NCBI GenBank assembly: GCA_946186895.1 | Contig: CAMHOW010000001.1 | Span: 50,843 to 114,842, forward strand | Source of the DNA: an uncultured Fibrobacter sp. | Lineage (GTDB): Bacteria > Fibrobacterota > Fibrobacteria > Fibrobacterales > Fibrobacteraceae | Direction of reading: 5' to 3' | Length of the DNA stretch: 64,000 nt | Part shown: positions 47,441-57,020 of the stretch, piece by piece | Numbering within the stretch: position 1 is the first letter of the stretch | How the letters are laid out: the number at the start of each line of letters is the position of its first letter | Program-made: the position numbers and the translations under genes | Notes under the pieces: generated by a model | Told to the model about the DNA's origin: nothing | Seen by the model: only the letters and a program-made list of their open reading frames with translations | Databases searched by the model: none

Positions 47441-48658
47441 TTAAGTCGTGTACTCGGCGTTGATCTTTACGTAGCCGTAGCTCAGGTCGCAGGTGAAGGC
47501 GCTGGCAGAAGCCTGACCGATGTTCAGTACCAGAGTCACTTTGTATTCACGCTGACGGACAACCGCATGCAGGGCTGCTGTCTGGGCTTCGTCCAGAGGC
47601 AACGGGCGGCCGCCTTCCAGAACCTTTACGTCGCCGAAGAACAGGTCGGTGTGTTCGGCCACCATGTTGCAGCCGCTAGAACCAGCGCTGCTGAGGATAC
47701 GTCCCCAGTTGGGGTCTTCACCGAACATGGCGCACTTGGCCAGGTTACTGGTGCCGATGAAACGTGCCATGCGGAGAGCTTCTTCGTGACTTTCGGCCTT
47801 CTCGATGCGCAGTTCGATAAGCTTGGTAGCGCCTTCGCCATCACGCACGATGTCTTTTGCAAGGCTCTGCATAATGAGCATCAGGGCCGCACGGAACTCA
47901 CCCTGTTCGCTCAAGCTCAGGTCTTCATAACGGAGCCCGCTCATGCCGTTGGCAAGCAAGATGCAGGTATCGTTGGTGCTGGTGTCGCCGTCCACGGTAA
48001 TGGCGTTGAAGGAATCCGCAATGTCGGCGCGGAATTCTGCAAAGAAGTCGATGGGGAGCGCAATGTCTGTGGTAATGAAAGCCAGCATGGTAGCCATATT
48101 GGGGTGGATCATGCCCGAGCCCTTGCATGCACCACCGATAGTCACCACGCCTTTCTCGGTGTGGATTTCAACAGCGTGACTCTTGAGAGCCAAGTCAGTG
48201 GTGAGGATAGCACGACCAAATTCTTCGGAGGCGTCAGCATGGAGCTTTTCTACCAGCTTCGGGATACCGGCCTCGATCTTGTCCATGGGCATCAGGTGGC
48301 CGATCACGCCAGTGCTGCAGACCAGCACGCTCTTGGGCGTAAGGTTCAGGGCTTCTTCGGTAAGGGTAGCCATGCGTTCGGCGTCCTTGTAGCCCTGTTC
48401 ACCGGTGCAGGCGTTGGCGTTACCGCTATTCACCACCACGGCCGTTGCAAAATGGGCATGTTCCAGAGCAGCCTTGTCATAGAGCACCGGGGCGGCCTTC
48501 ACCTTATTGGTGGTAAACACCGCAAAGCAACGGGCAGCCTTCTCGCTCTTGAGAAGTGCCATGTCAGCATTGCCGCTAGCCTTGATGCCTGCACAGATTC
48601 CAGATGCCGTGAAGCCCTTGGGGGAACACACACCGCCATTTTCCAACAGATTGTACAT
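47441..48658 (-). CDS. argJ: Ornithine acetyltransferase / N-acetylglutamate synthase
   Basis: NSGNANACTG, STGVIG, KGSGMIHPNMATML, VDGDTSTND, DGEGATK, DPNWGRI, YVKINAEYTT; start ATG 48658 after AGGAG. Confidence 0.95.
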   Translation of the reverse strand: MYNLLENGGVCSPKGFTASGICAGIKASGNADMALLKSEKAARCFAVFTTNKVKAAPVLYDKAALEHAHFATAVVVNSGNANACTGEQGYKDAERMATLTEEALNLTPKSVLVCSTGVIGHLMPMDKIEAGIPKLVEKLHADASEEFGRAILTTDLALKSHAVEIHTEKGVVTIGGACKGSGMIHPNMATMLAFITTDIALPIDFFAEFRADIADSFNAITVDGDTSTNDTCILLANGMSGLRYEDLSLSEQGEFRAALMLIMQSLAKDIVRDGEGATKLIELRIEKAESHEEALRMARFIGTSNLAKCAMFGEDPNWGRILSSAGSSGCNMVAEHTDLFFGDVKVLEGGRPLPLDEAQTAALHAVVRQREYKVTLVLNIGQASASAFTCDLSYGYVKINAEYTT

Positions 48659-48733
48659 ATCGACTCCTGCAAAAAGCGTCCTTTGGAGCCTTGAGCTCCA
48701 CAAAACGCCGTTAAAATTTTTACCTTGTAGAGC

Positions 48734-49204
48734 ATGGAAAAGAAAATCCCGTTTACACAGGAAGCCTACGACCAGCTCGTTAAGGACCTCAATAATTTAA
48801 AAAATGTAGAACGCCCCCGCGTCCTGCAAGAATTGGTTGACGCCCGCGCACAGGGCGATTTAAGCGAAAATGCGGAATACCATGCCGCCAAGGAAAGGCT
48901 CGCCGCCATCGACAACGTGGAGTTGCCCAAGCTGCAAGACCAGCTGGCCCGTGCCGAAGTGGTAGCCTTCGACTCTTCTTCTGATAACATCCGTTTCGGC
49001 GCCACCGTCACCGTCAAGAACCTCAAAACCAAGCGCGACGTAGTGTACCAGTTGGTTTCCCCCGAAAGCGTAGATGCCCTCAACGGGAAAATCAGCTTCA
49101 AGAGCCCCATCGGTTCTGCCCTCATGGGTAAAAAGCGTGGCGATACGGTAGAAGTGACCACCCCCAAGGGCGTGAACACCTTCGAAATCATCGACTTCAA
49201 GTAA
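48734..49204 (+). CDS. greA: Transcription elongation factor GreA
   Basis: ARAQGDLSENAEYHAAKE; ISFKSPIGSALMGKK.GD. Confidence 0.95.
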   Translation: MEKKIPFTQEAYDQLVKDLNNLKNVERPRVLQELVDARAQGDLSENAEYHAAKERLAAIDNVELPKLQDQLARAEVVAFDSSSDNIRFGATVTVKNLKTKRDVVYQLVSPESVDALNGKISFKSPIGSALMGKKRGDTVEVTTPKGVNTFEIIDFK

Positions 49205-49225
49205 GGCTTTCGGGAAAAGGCAAGA

Positions 49226-50197
49226 ATGATTGTCGCCCTGATAGGCAAGGACCAGTTCTCCAAGGACATCCGCATCGAGAAGTTCATCGCCGATGCCCTG
49301 GGCGAGCGGAAAGACGACCCTCTTTCCAAGCAGATCTTGTACGCCACGGACACCAACATTCCCTCCATCGCCGAAGCTGTGATCAGCGCCTGCGATTCCG
49401 TGTCCATGTTCAGTCCGGAACAGGCTGTAGTGGTACGCAAGGCCGAAGCCCTCAAGGCCGATGACACCAAGTCTCTTGCTAAATGGCTTAGCCATGGCCC
49501 CCAGTGCAAGCTGCTACTGGACTTCGAGACTCTCGCCGCCAATACGGAGCTTTTCAAGGCCCTGAAAAAAGCGGGTGAAATCGAGAAGGAATACGACGAG
49601 CCAAAGTCCTACAAGATGGCCGACTGGATTGCCTCGGTCATCCCTTCCCATTTCAAGAAGGCTATCGACAAGGACGCCTGCCAGTATCTGGCCGAAGCCC
49701 TCGGCACCGACACCAAGCTAGTCTGCGAAGAGGTGGACAAGATTCTGCTCTTCTCACCCGACTGCCCAAAGATTACGCTGGACCTGGTAAAGACCATGGT
49801 GGTCCCCCAGCGGAAAATCGTGGCCTATGAGATTAACGACTACTTTGGCATGCGGGACGCCAAGACCTACGCCAAAAAACTGAACGAGATGCTGAACAAC
49901 GGCGTTCAGGCGGTACAGATTGTGGCATCGCTCTACTACTACGCCGTGGACCTGATGAACTTTTCCTCCCTGCTCGCGAAAGGCATGACCCCGAAAGATG
50001 CCGCTGCCGAACTGGGCAAGAACGACTTCATTTTCAACGTGAAGGGAAAGGCTCCCGAATGCGCCCGCCGTTGGGGAAAGCCCCTACTCTGCCGCGTCAT
50101 CCGCAGGCTCGCCGACCTGGACTTTGAAATCAAGAGTGGAAAGTGCTCCACCCGCATCAGCCAAGAACTGGCTCTTGCCGCCCTAGTGGTGCGGTAA
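49226..50197 (+). CDS. holA: DNA polymerase III delta subunit
   Basis: Size and pattern: SMFS..VVVRKAE, LAEALGTD..L..E.DKI, D..IKSG. Confidence 0.75.
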   Translation: MIVALIGKDQFSKDIRIEKFIADALGERKDDPLSKQILYATDTNIPSIAEAVISACDSVSMFSPEQAVVVRKAEALKADDTKSLAKWLSHGPQCKLLLDFETLAANTELFKALKKAGEIEKEYDEPKSYKMADWIASVIPSHFKKAIDKDACQYLAEALGTDTKLVCEEVDKILLFSPDCPKITLDLVKTMVVPQRKIVAYEINDYFGMRDAKTYAKKLNEMLNNGVQAVQIVASLYYYAVDLMNFSSLLAKGMTPKDAAAELGKNDFIFNVKGKAPECARRWGKPLLCRVIRRLADLDFEIKSGKCSTRISQELALAALVVR

Positions 50198-50200
50198 GGT

Positions 50201-51757
50201 TTAGAATTTCATATCTACAGGATTGAACTGGAGCTGAATTCCCGAACGGATCCAGCCGTCCATGCCGTTCTTGTGCGCTATGTGGGCCAGGTTTTCGTAC
50301 TTGCGGCCACCACCACCCAAGTAGAAGTGCAGCCACTGGTTGAACTTGAGCTGGTATTGAATGTCCAGCACGTACTGGGCCTCTTCTACGCCAGAGGTGG
50401 CACCTTCCACATCCAAGGCGATGTCGTAATCGGTGAATAGCTCCTTGTCGCCCTGACGGAGCCAGGCCGCCGTAATCGCGAGAGAATGGGCACCATAGGT
50501 CCAGCCCAATTCCAGCCACAGGTCAAGAGCGTCCGCACCACGGCGGTAACCGATGGGATAATCCACGAAGTAGGCGTCAGCATAATTGGCATCACCCTGC
50601 TCGCGGTAGTTGCTGCGGTAGTTGCGACGGCTGGTGTACTTTAGGAGCGGAAGCCTGCTGTTGTTCGCCGCAGGATCGGTGCGGACCACCTCCAAACGCC
50701 AGGAGTATTCACCAAAACGGTTGGTCTTGACCTGATGGAAATAACCAGCCATGTAGTTCAAGATAGAGCGGTTGGTACCCTTGTCGTCGTCTTCGCCTAC
50801 AGGGCTATTGATGTCTTCCATGTTGATCTGTCCGTAGAACTTGGCCCCATTGGAAGTCTTGTAGCCCAGTTCAAAGGACGTCATGGCAGAGGTATAACCT
50901 GTGGCGTAATTATCGTGCCAATAGATGAAGGGGCTAATGGAACGGAATTCCAGGGCCTTGCCACCCACCATGCTCTGCTCCACCACGTAAACCCAGAACT
51001 TGCTGGTCTCTACGCCAAAACGGTGGAACACCATGTTCTTCACGTTGTCGGTGTAAGTGCGGTTCCGCTGGTTTGATACCTGACGGCCTGGATTTGTGCA
51101 TTTCTGGTCATAGGCCTCGGTTCCTTCCGGCGGGCAACCCGTGGAATGGTCAATGACGTCGCCATAGAGCCAGGGGTTCAAGGAGCTGAGCATAAAGTCA
51201 TAACGGAAGATGCCCGGTTCGAATTTCCAGAGAATACCGTCGTGGTAAGGAGCACCGCCAATCAAGATGTCGTTCTTGGAAACTTTCAGATCATCGGGGC
51301 TGAAACGTCCGAACTGCACGTAACCCACGCCATTGTTCCACTTGGCGTAGGCGTTGTTAGGGACGTTGATGTCCAGTTCGCTAGGCTTGTAGGTAAAGTT
51401 GGTTTTCCAGTCGTCCTGATACCAGGCTTCCATATCCTTGCGAAGGGGCGCTTCCAAAAGCACCTGGAAATCTTTGTAGCCCGCCCGGAAGCTAAGCGTA
51501 AAGAAGGGATGAGCCGATTCTTCGTAGCTGCGGGCGTTTTCCAGAGGAATGCGAAGGCCCCGCCAATTTTTGCCGTACCAATCCGCCGTGTCCACAGCAA
51601 ATTCCGGATCGGTAGGGCCGCCATTGAGGCCGATGTCGAAATCCGTACCTATTTGGAAATAGCCTGTAGAACCCGACTGCGGGGATACCGAGTCAGCAAA
51701 ACCCATGGTGGCTAAAAACGGCACACCAAAAGCGAGGGCGTAAATACAGGACCTCAT
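50201..51757 (-). CDS. Probable outer-membrane beta-barrel protein (Wzi/capsule-assembly-like)
   Basis: Signal peptide from ATG 51757; VQFGR, FHRF, YGQINMED, PIGY..G.D; aromatic-rich strands and terminal Phe. Confidence 0.55.
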   Translation of the reverse strand: MRSCIYALAFGVPFLATMGFADSVSPQSGSTGYFQIGTDFDIGLNGGPTDPEFAVDTADWYGKNWRGLRIPLENARSYEESAHPFFTLSFRAGYKDFQVLLEAPLRKDMEAWYQDDWKTNFTYKPSELDINVPNNAYAKWNNGVGYVQFGRFSPDDLKVSKNDILIGGAPYHDGILWKFEPGIFRYDFMLSSLNPWLYGDVIDHSTGCPPEGTEAYDQKCTNPGRQVSNQRNRTYTDNVKNMVFHRFGVETSKFWVYVVEQSMVGGKALEFRSISPFIYWHDNYATGYTSAMTSFELGYKTSNGAKFYGQINMEDINSPVGEDDDKGTNRSILNYMAGYFHQVKTNRFGEYSWRLEVVRTDPAANNSRLPLLKYTSRRNYRSNYREQGDANYADAYFVDYPIGYRRGADALDLWLELGWTYGAHSLAITAAWLRQGDKELFTDYDIALDVEGATSGVEEAQYVLDIQYQLKFNQWLHFYLGGGGRKYENLAHIAHKNGMDGWIRSGIQLQFNPVDMKF

Positions 51758-51780
51758 GTCATGTAAAATAGTAAAAAGGG

Positions 51781-51804
51781 GAACCCCGCCTGCGCGGGGA
51801 TGAC
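51781..51804 (-). repeat. Solo REP-type palindrome
   Basis: Minus strand GTCATCCCCGC-GCAG-GCGGGGTTC, the GTCATCCCCGCG..GCGGG form of bacterial REPs. Confidence 0.7.
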
Positions 51805-51838
51805 AATAAAAGGAGTGGGTCTGAGCGGTCTTATAATA

Positions 51839-51941
51839 CTTCTTGCATTGTGGACTTACGTCCACAATACAAGAAGGGATCACCCAGGCAGGGAGACCCA
51901 GGTGATCCCTCGTGTTGTGGAGGATACGCATTCGCGTATCC
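51839..51941 (-). other. Three-hairpin structured 3' region of ftsZ (terminator or candidate 3'UTR sRNA)
   Basis: Stems at 51922-51941, 51875-51910 and 51839-51876; G-U pairs and a GUAA loop form only on the minus strand. Confidence 0.6.
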
Positions 51942-51963
51942 GGTGTGTGTGATTAATTAAGGA

Positions 51964-53532
51964 CTAAAAATCCAGCTTGAATCCGTTGCGGAGGAAGGCG
52001 GGGACATCGTAGTCCACACCACTTGCCTTCGAGGAATTGTCGGCAGAATTTGCATTAGAGGATTCTTCCACCTCGCGGGCAGACATTTCAGCCATGGTCT
52101 GACGGGTATAAGCCGGAGTACCATAGTCGCCGTTAGAAAGCTGGTCCATGTCGGCAATGCCGGGCATTTCTTCCGTTTCAGGGAGAGTAGCCGTAGCAAT
52201 ACCCTGGGGCACCATCTTTTCCTCGTAGGCCGGAGCCTGGGCATTGAACTGCGCAGAGGCAAAGTCCATGACCGGAGCCTGAACTTCAGGAACCTGCGGA
52301 ACAGCGCCCATAGGAACCGTCAGGGAGTCTGCAGCAGGCATGGCAACCGTATTCTGCTGAGAGAGGGCCACAAAGTTGGTAGCCGTCGGACGCGGCGTGG
52401 CAGCCACAGGCTGGGTAGCCTGCTGGTAGTTGCTGGGAGCGCCGATGGAGTTGACCACATCCATAGACTGGGTTGCAGCAGGCACATCGGAAGTGCTTGC
52501 AAACATGGGCTTCACATCAGAAGAACCAGCCGTTCCGCCGCAACCAGTAGCGATCACGGTAATGCAGACTTTGTCGCCCAGTTCCGGAAGCAAAATGTCA
52601 CCGATGATGATGTTCGGGTCGCCCAACTCGCCCACGGCGTCGTAAATGTGTTCCAGGGCCTCGTTGTTTTCCAGCATGGTGAAATTTTCACCATGAGAAA
52701 CGTTGATCAGCACGCCGGTAGCACCTTCCACGTTCACGTCTTCCAGGAGCGGAGAAGCAAGGGCCATATCCACAGCCTTAATGCCGCGGCCTTCACCTTC
52801 GGCAATACCGGTGCCCATCAGGGCGGAGCCGCCATTGGACATCACTGTCTTCACGTCGGCAAAGTCCACATGGATAAGGCCATGGTTGAACATGATACCG
52901 CAGATGCTACGGACGGCATTGCCGAGGATCTCGTCGGTAAGCTTGAAGGCGCCATCCAAGGTCATCTTCTTATCGGTCTCTTCCACGACCTTCATGAGTT
53001 TCTTGTTGTCCACCACGATCATGGTGTCCACGTTTTCACGCAGAGTCTTGATACCCTTTTCGGCGTTCCTGGAACGGACAGGACCTTCGTGACGGAAGGG
53101 CTTGGTCACCACGGCAACGGTGAGAATACCCAGTTCACGGGCAACGGCACCTATCACCGGAGCGGCACCCGTACCCGTACCACCGCCCATACCAGCGGTG
53201 ATAAAGATCATGTCGGCACCCTTCATGGCTTCCTTCAGGTCTTCCACGTTTTCTTCGGCTGCCTTGCGGCCAATTTCGGGCTTGGCACCCGCGCCGAGAC
53301 TCTTCGTTGCCTTCTGACCGATGGCAATCTTGTGGTCAGCCTGACTTCTGTCAAGGGCCATAGCATCGGTATTGACGGCGTAGTATTCCACACCATCAAT
53401 GTTCATGCCGACCATGCGGTTCACGGTGTTGCCACCGGCTCCGCCTACGCCAAAGACCTTGACCTTCGCGGTGTTGAGGGTTGAATCATCCATCAGGATG
53501 TGTGAGGTTGGGTTCATGTCGAATTCACTCAT
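51964..53532 (-). CDS. ftsZ: Cell division GTPase FtsZ with long C-terminal linker
   Basis: [31 protein letters not shown]-terminal DVPAFLR. Confidence 0.96.
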   Translation of the reverse strand: MSEFDMNPTSHILMDDSTLNTAKVKVFGVGGAGGNTVNRMVGMNIDGVEYYAVNTDAMALDRSQADHKIAIGQKATKSLGAGAKPEIGRKAAEENVEDLKEAMKGADMIFITAGMGGGTGTGAAPVIGAVARELGILTVAVVTKPFRHEGPVRSRNAEKGIKTLRENVDTMIVVDNKKLMKVVEETDKKMTLDGAFKLTDEILGNAVRSICGIMFNHGLIHVDFADVKTVMSNGGSALMGTGIAEGEGRGIKAVDMALASPLLEDVNVEGATGVLINVSHGENFTMLENNEALEHIYDAVGELGDPNIIIGDILLPELGDKVCITVIATGCGGTAGSSDVKPMFASTSDVPAATQSMDVVNSIGAPSNYQQATQPVAATPRPTATNFVALSQQNTVAMPAADSLTVPMGAVPQVPEVQAPVMDFASAQFNAQAPAYEEKMVPQGIATATLPETEEMPGIADMDQLSNGDYGTPAYTRQTMAEMSAREVEESSNANSADNSSKASGVDYDVPAFLRNGFKLDF

Positions 53533-53567
53533 AGTTTGTCTCCCTGTTGTGAGTGTTTGTTTTTATT

Positions 53568-54809
53568 TTAGAAATACGTTTTAACGAAATCCCTGAACCA
53601 TTGAAGGCTCTTTTTCATGGATACCGAAATCTGCTTGCCCGTTTCGCGGCGTTTTTCCTTACGGCGCTGCTTGGCGGCATACAACAAAAGTCCTATTCCT
53701 GTAGCATAAGACGGGTTGGAGTAACTCTGTACGCCGGCCACGTCACGGGGGTGGCCTATGCGGACAGACTTACCAAACACCTTTTCGGCCACGGCATCAA
53801 TACCTTCCAGGGCGCAGCAGCCACCCGTAAGTACGATACCGCCATTCAGCAGGCCATCCATATGCTGTTTTTCCAGATCTTCCTTAAGTCTCTTGAAAAT
53901 TTCATACACGCGTGCGGTTATTACCTGAGCGAGCAACTTGCGAGAGCACTGGACATCTCCCCTATCGCCTACGCTAGGCACCGGGAAGGTTTCGTCTTCA
54001 ATCAGGTTGCTCATGCGGCAAGTTCCATAACGCTTCTTGATGTCTTCGGCCTTCGCAAGGGAAATAGGCACTTTTAGGCACTTGCTGATGTCACTGGTAA
54101 TGCTATTACCCGCATAGTCTAACGACGTGGTGTAGCGCACCGATTCTCCAACGAATACGGCAATGTCAGCGGAACCGGCTCCGATATCGATAAGGGCCAC
54201 GCCCAATTCACGTTCATCGTCGGTCAAAACTGCAGAGGCGGCAGCCAAAGGTTCCAGCACAAGTTCTTCTACATGGAGGCCCGCACGGGTAACGCTCTTG
54301 TCCAGGTTCAGGATGACGTTCGAGGGCGAGGTGACCACCTGAACATCTACCCCTAACCTGCGACCGTTAAGCCCCTTGGGGTTGCGGATTCCACCCTGTT
54401 CATCCAGGGTGTATTCTCCGGGGAACACATGAAGAATCTGACCTGCGGTTTCGGGAATGGTACTTGCCAAGTTCTTGACACGTTCCATGTCTACTTCGCG
54501 AACTTCTCCCGTAGATAGTGTAATCAGGCCCTTGTAATTGACGGAGGACACATGATTACCGGCAATGCCCACGTAGACATCGCGTACATCGAAATCGATG
54601 AACGGTTCCAGCTGCCTAATGACGTTCTGCAGGGTTTCCACCACATCGTCCAGCTCATCGGGACGCTTCAGGGGCAAAGCTCCGCAGCAAAGAATCTTTA
54701 CCGTGTTGTCGGGGTTCATGGCCCCCGCAAACAGGTTAATCTTGGAAGATCCGATATCTAGACCGAATACCAGATCCTCTTTTCTCAATTCATTGTTGTT
54801 GTCATCCAT
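53568..54809 (-). CDS. ftsA: Cell division protein FtsA
   Basis: GLDIGSSK, LEPLAA..AVL..DERELGV..IDIGAG, AE.IK..YG, GIVLTGG, YATGIGL; start ATG 54809. Confidence 0.93.
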   Translation of the reverse strand: MDDNNNELRKEDLVFGLDIGSSKINLFAGAMNPDNTVKILCCGALPLKRPDELDDVVETLQNVIRQLEPFIDFDVRDVYVGIAGNHVSSVNYKGLITLSTGEVREVDMERVKNLASTIPETAGQILHVFPGEYTLDEQGGIRNPKGLNGRRLGVDVQVVTSPSNVILNLDKSVTRAGLHVEELVLEPLAAASAVLTDDERELGVALIDIGAGSADIAVFVGESVRYTTSLDYAGNSITSDISKCLKVPISLAKAEDIKKRYGTCRMSNLIEDETFPVPSVGDRGDVQCSRKLLAQVITARVYEIFKRLKEDLEKQHMDGLLNGGIVLTGGCCALEGIDAVAEKVFGKSVRIGHPRDVAGVQSYSNPSYATGIGLLLYAAKQRRKEKRRETGKQISVSMKKSLQWFRDFVKTYF

Positions 54810-55647
54810 TGACACACCTCTTGTCAAAATTCCTTACATACAAGAAACCCGAGAAACGCAAGTCCACTTCGCCGGCACAGTTCATGTTCTGCGGGAACCC
54901 ACGCTTGACCGATTCATATAAGGTCCATAGATTCTTGTCCCATTCCCTTTCAGGGAAAAGGACCTTGTAACCCACGTCGCTAAAGAACACTTCGTACGCC
55001 TGGTGCTCTTCGCTCCAGGATACCTGAGATACAAGACCATAAAGTTCGGCATTCTCCTGCTTGAGCCCCTGCAAGTGAGACGCCACATCCGCAATCCTTT
55101 CAAAGGCCAAGGAATCCACCACAGGCAGGTGAAATGCCGTAGATGTGGACATAGGCAGGGGAAGCCCACGTTCAGAATACACCATGGCATGTCCACCCTG
55201 GAAATAAGCCACCACCGGAGAAGATTCTTGTACCTTGATGGTAAGAGACGAGGGGAAATGTTTTTCCACAGTCACCTTGTGAATCAGGGGAAGCTGCATC
55301 AAGTTTTTCTCCACAGAATCCTCGAAAACCTCGGACAACAGCATTCCCGGTTCCACCTGGGCATTCTGCACCACATCTTCCCAGGTGAGCATGCGGTTCC
55401 CTTCAATATCAATGTACTGAAGGTGCCGAAGTTCCATGGGATTGAAACGTTGCAGGTAGAAACGGTTCGTCCACGCGGCAGTAGCGAGAATTATCAGCAC
55501 AAGACCGATAATCCAGCCACGACGCTTAAACCAGCCCAAGCTCTTCTTCGCGCCATTCTTGATCTTCATGGCACGAGTACGCTTGCGCTTTTCCTCGTTG
55601 TAGCCTATACGGCGTCCAAGGAATGTGGTTTTAGGACTCAAATGCAT
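54802..55647 (-). CDS. ftsQ: Cell division protein FtsQ/DivIB
   Basis: Single TM, POTRA-like IEGN..LP.I..V.V...FP..L.I.V.E, C-terminal VDLRF; between murC and ftsA; exact start uncertain. Confidence 0.82.
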   Translation of the reverse strand: MHLSPKTTFLGRRIGYNEEKRKRTRAMKIKNGAKKSLGWFKRRGWIIGLVLIILATAAWTNRFYLQRFNPMELRHLQYIDIEGNRMLTWEDVVQNAQVEPGMLLSEVFEDSVEKNLMQLPLIHKVTVEKHFPSSLTIKVQESSPVVAYFQGGHAMVYSERGLPLPMSTSTAFHLPVVDSLAFERIADVASHLQGLKQENAELYGLVSQVSWSEEHQAYEVFFSDVGYKVLFPEREWDKNLWTLYESVKRGFPQNMNCAGEVDLRFSGFLYVRNFDKRCVNG

Positions 55648-57020
55648 TCCTCCAAAATCTTCTGACCCAGTTTCCAGATGTTGCCAGCCCCCATCAGCAC
55701 CACCACATCACCCGGGCGGAGTTCCTCTTTCAAAATGGGCAGCAAATTCTGCTGGTCGCCCACAAAGCGGGCGTTACGGTGACCAAAGGCAAGTGCGCTG
55801 TCAGAAACCAAGGCTCCGGTCACACCTTCGATGGGGCGTTCGCGGGCCGGGTAAATATCGGTACACAGCAGCACATCGCAGTTGGCAAAGGCACTTCCAA
55901 AGGCATCGTGCTGGTCCCTGGTACGGGAGAACAAGTGCGGCTGGAAAGCCACAATCACGCGACGTTCCGGGAAAGCATCCCTGAAGCCCTGCAGAGTAGC
56001 AGTCGCTTCCGTCGGATGGTGAGCGTAATCGTCGAACACCAGAATGTCATTCTTCTCGCCGATCAGTTCAAAACGACGCTGGACCCCTTCGAATGCGGCA
56101 ACGGCTCGCCGTGCCACTTCTACATCAATGCCCTCTTCCATGGCAAGGGCCACGGCGGCAGTAGCGTTCAGCACATTGTGGCGACCAGGAATCTGCAACT
56201 GGAATTCCCCAAGGCTTACGCCATCGTTGAAAATCTCAAAATGGGGGTAGCCCTTCTCGAAACGCAGGTTGTCAATGTGGTACTTGGCCTGGCGGGAGAA
56301 CCCGTAGGTAATCACCGGCTTACGCACCTTAGAATAAATCTGCTGTACGTTGGGGTCGTCAATGCAGAGGATAGCCTGACCATAGAAAGGAATCTTGTTC
56401 ACAAACTGGACAAAGGCTTCTTTGATTTCGTCTATGTTCTCGTAGGTATCCAGATGATCGGCATCGATATTGGTTACGATGGCGGAGCTGGGCATCATGG
56501 AAAGGAAACTACGGTCAAACTCATCACTTTCGGCAATGAGGTAGTCGCCCTTACCCACCTTGGCACCGCTGCCCTTGCCTTTTACCACACCACCCACAAT
56601 GATAGTGGGGTCAAGGCCGGCCTCTTCCCAGATTTCGCCAACAATAGAAGTCGTAGTGGTCTTGCCGTGGGTTCCGGCAATGGCCAGGGTGTACTTCATG
56701 CGCATCAGTTCACCGAGCATTTCGGCACGGCGAATCACGGGAATGCGGCGGGCGCGAGCCTCTACAAGTTCGGGATTGTCGTAAGGAATGGCAGAAGAAT
56801 AAACCACCAGGTCGGCGTTTTCCACATTTTTGGCCTCGTGCTTGCTATCCACACGGATTCCCAAATGCTTCAGGTAATCAATGACAGAGCCCTCGCCCAT
56901 GTCGGAGCCAGTCACCACAAAGCCGTTCTCGTGCAGGACTTCTGCGATACCAGACATACCGGCACCACCGATACCCACCATATGCAAGCGACGGACACGT
57001 TTACAATCATTAATCTGCAT
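55638..57020 (-). CDS. murC: UDP-N-acetylmuramate--L-alanine ligase
   Basis: VGIGGAGMSGIA, AGTHGKTTTTS, AESDEFD, DDYAHHPTE, FQPHLFSRT, MGAGNI. Confidence 0.96.
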   Translation of the reverse strand: MQINDCKRVRRLHMVGIGGAGMSGIAEVLHENGFVVTGSDMGEGSVIDYLKHLGIRVDSKHEAKNVENADLVVYSSAIPYDNPELVEARARRIPVIRRAEMLGELMRMKYTLAIAGTHGKTTTTSIVGEIWEEAGLDPTIIVGGVVKGKGSGAKVGKGDYLIAESDEFDRSFLSMMPSSAIVTNIDADHLDTYENIDEIKEAFVQFVNKIPFYGQAILCIDDPNVQQIYSKVRKPVITYGFSRQAKYHIDNLRFEKGYPHFEIFNDGVSLGEFQLQIPGRHNVLNATAAVALAMEEGIDVEVARRAVAAFEGVQRRFELIGEKNDILVFDDYAHHPTEATATLQGFRDAFPERRVIVAFQPHLFSRTRDQHDAFGSAFANCDVLLCTDIYPARERPIEGVTGALVSDSALAFGHRNARFVGDQQNLLPILKEELRPGDVVVLMGAGNIWKLGQKILEECI

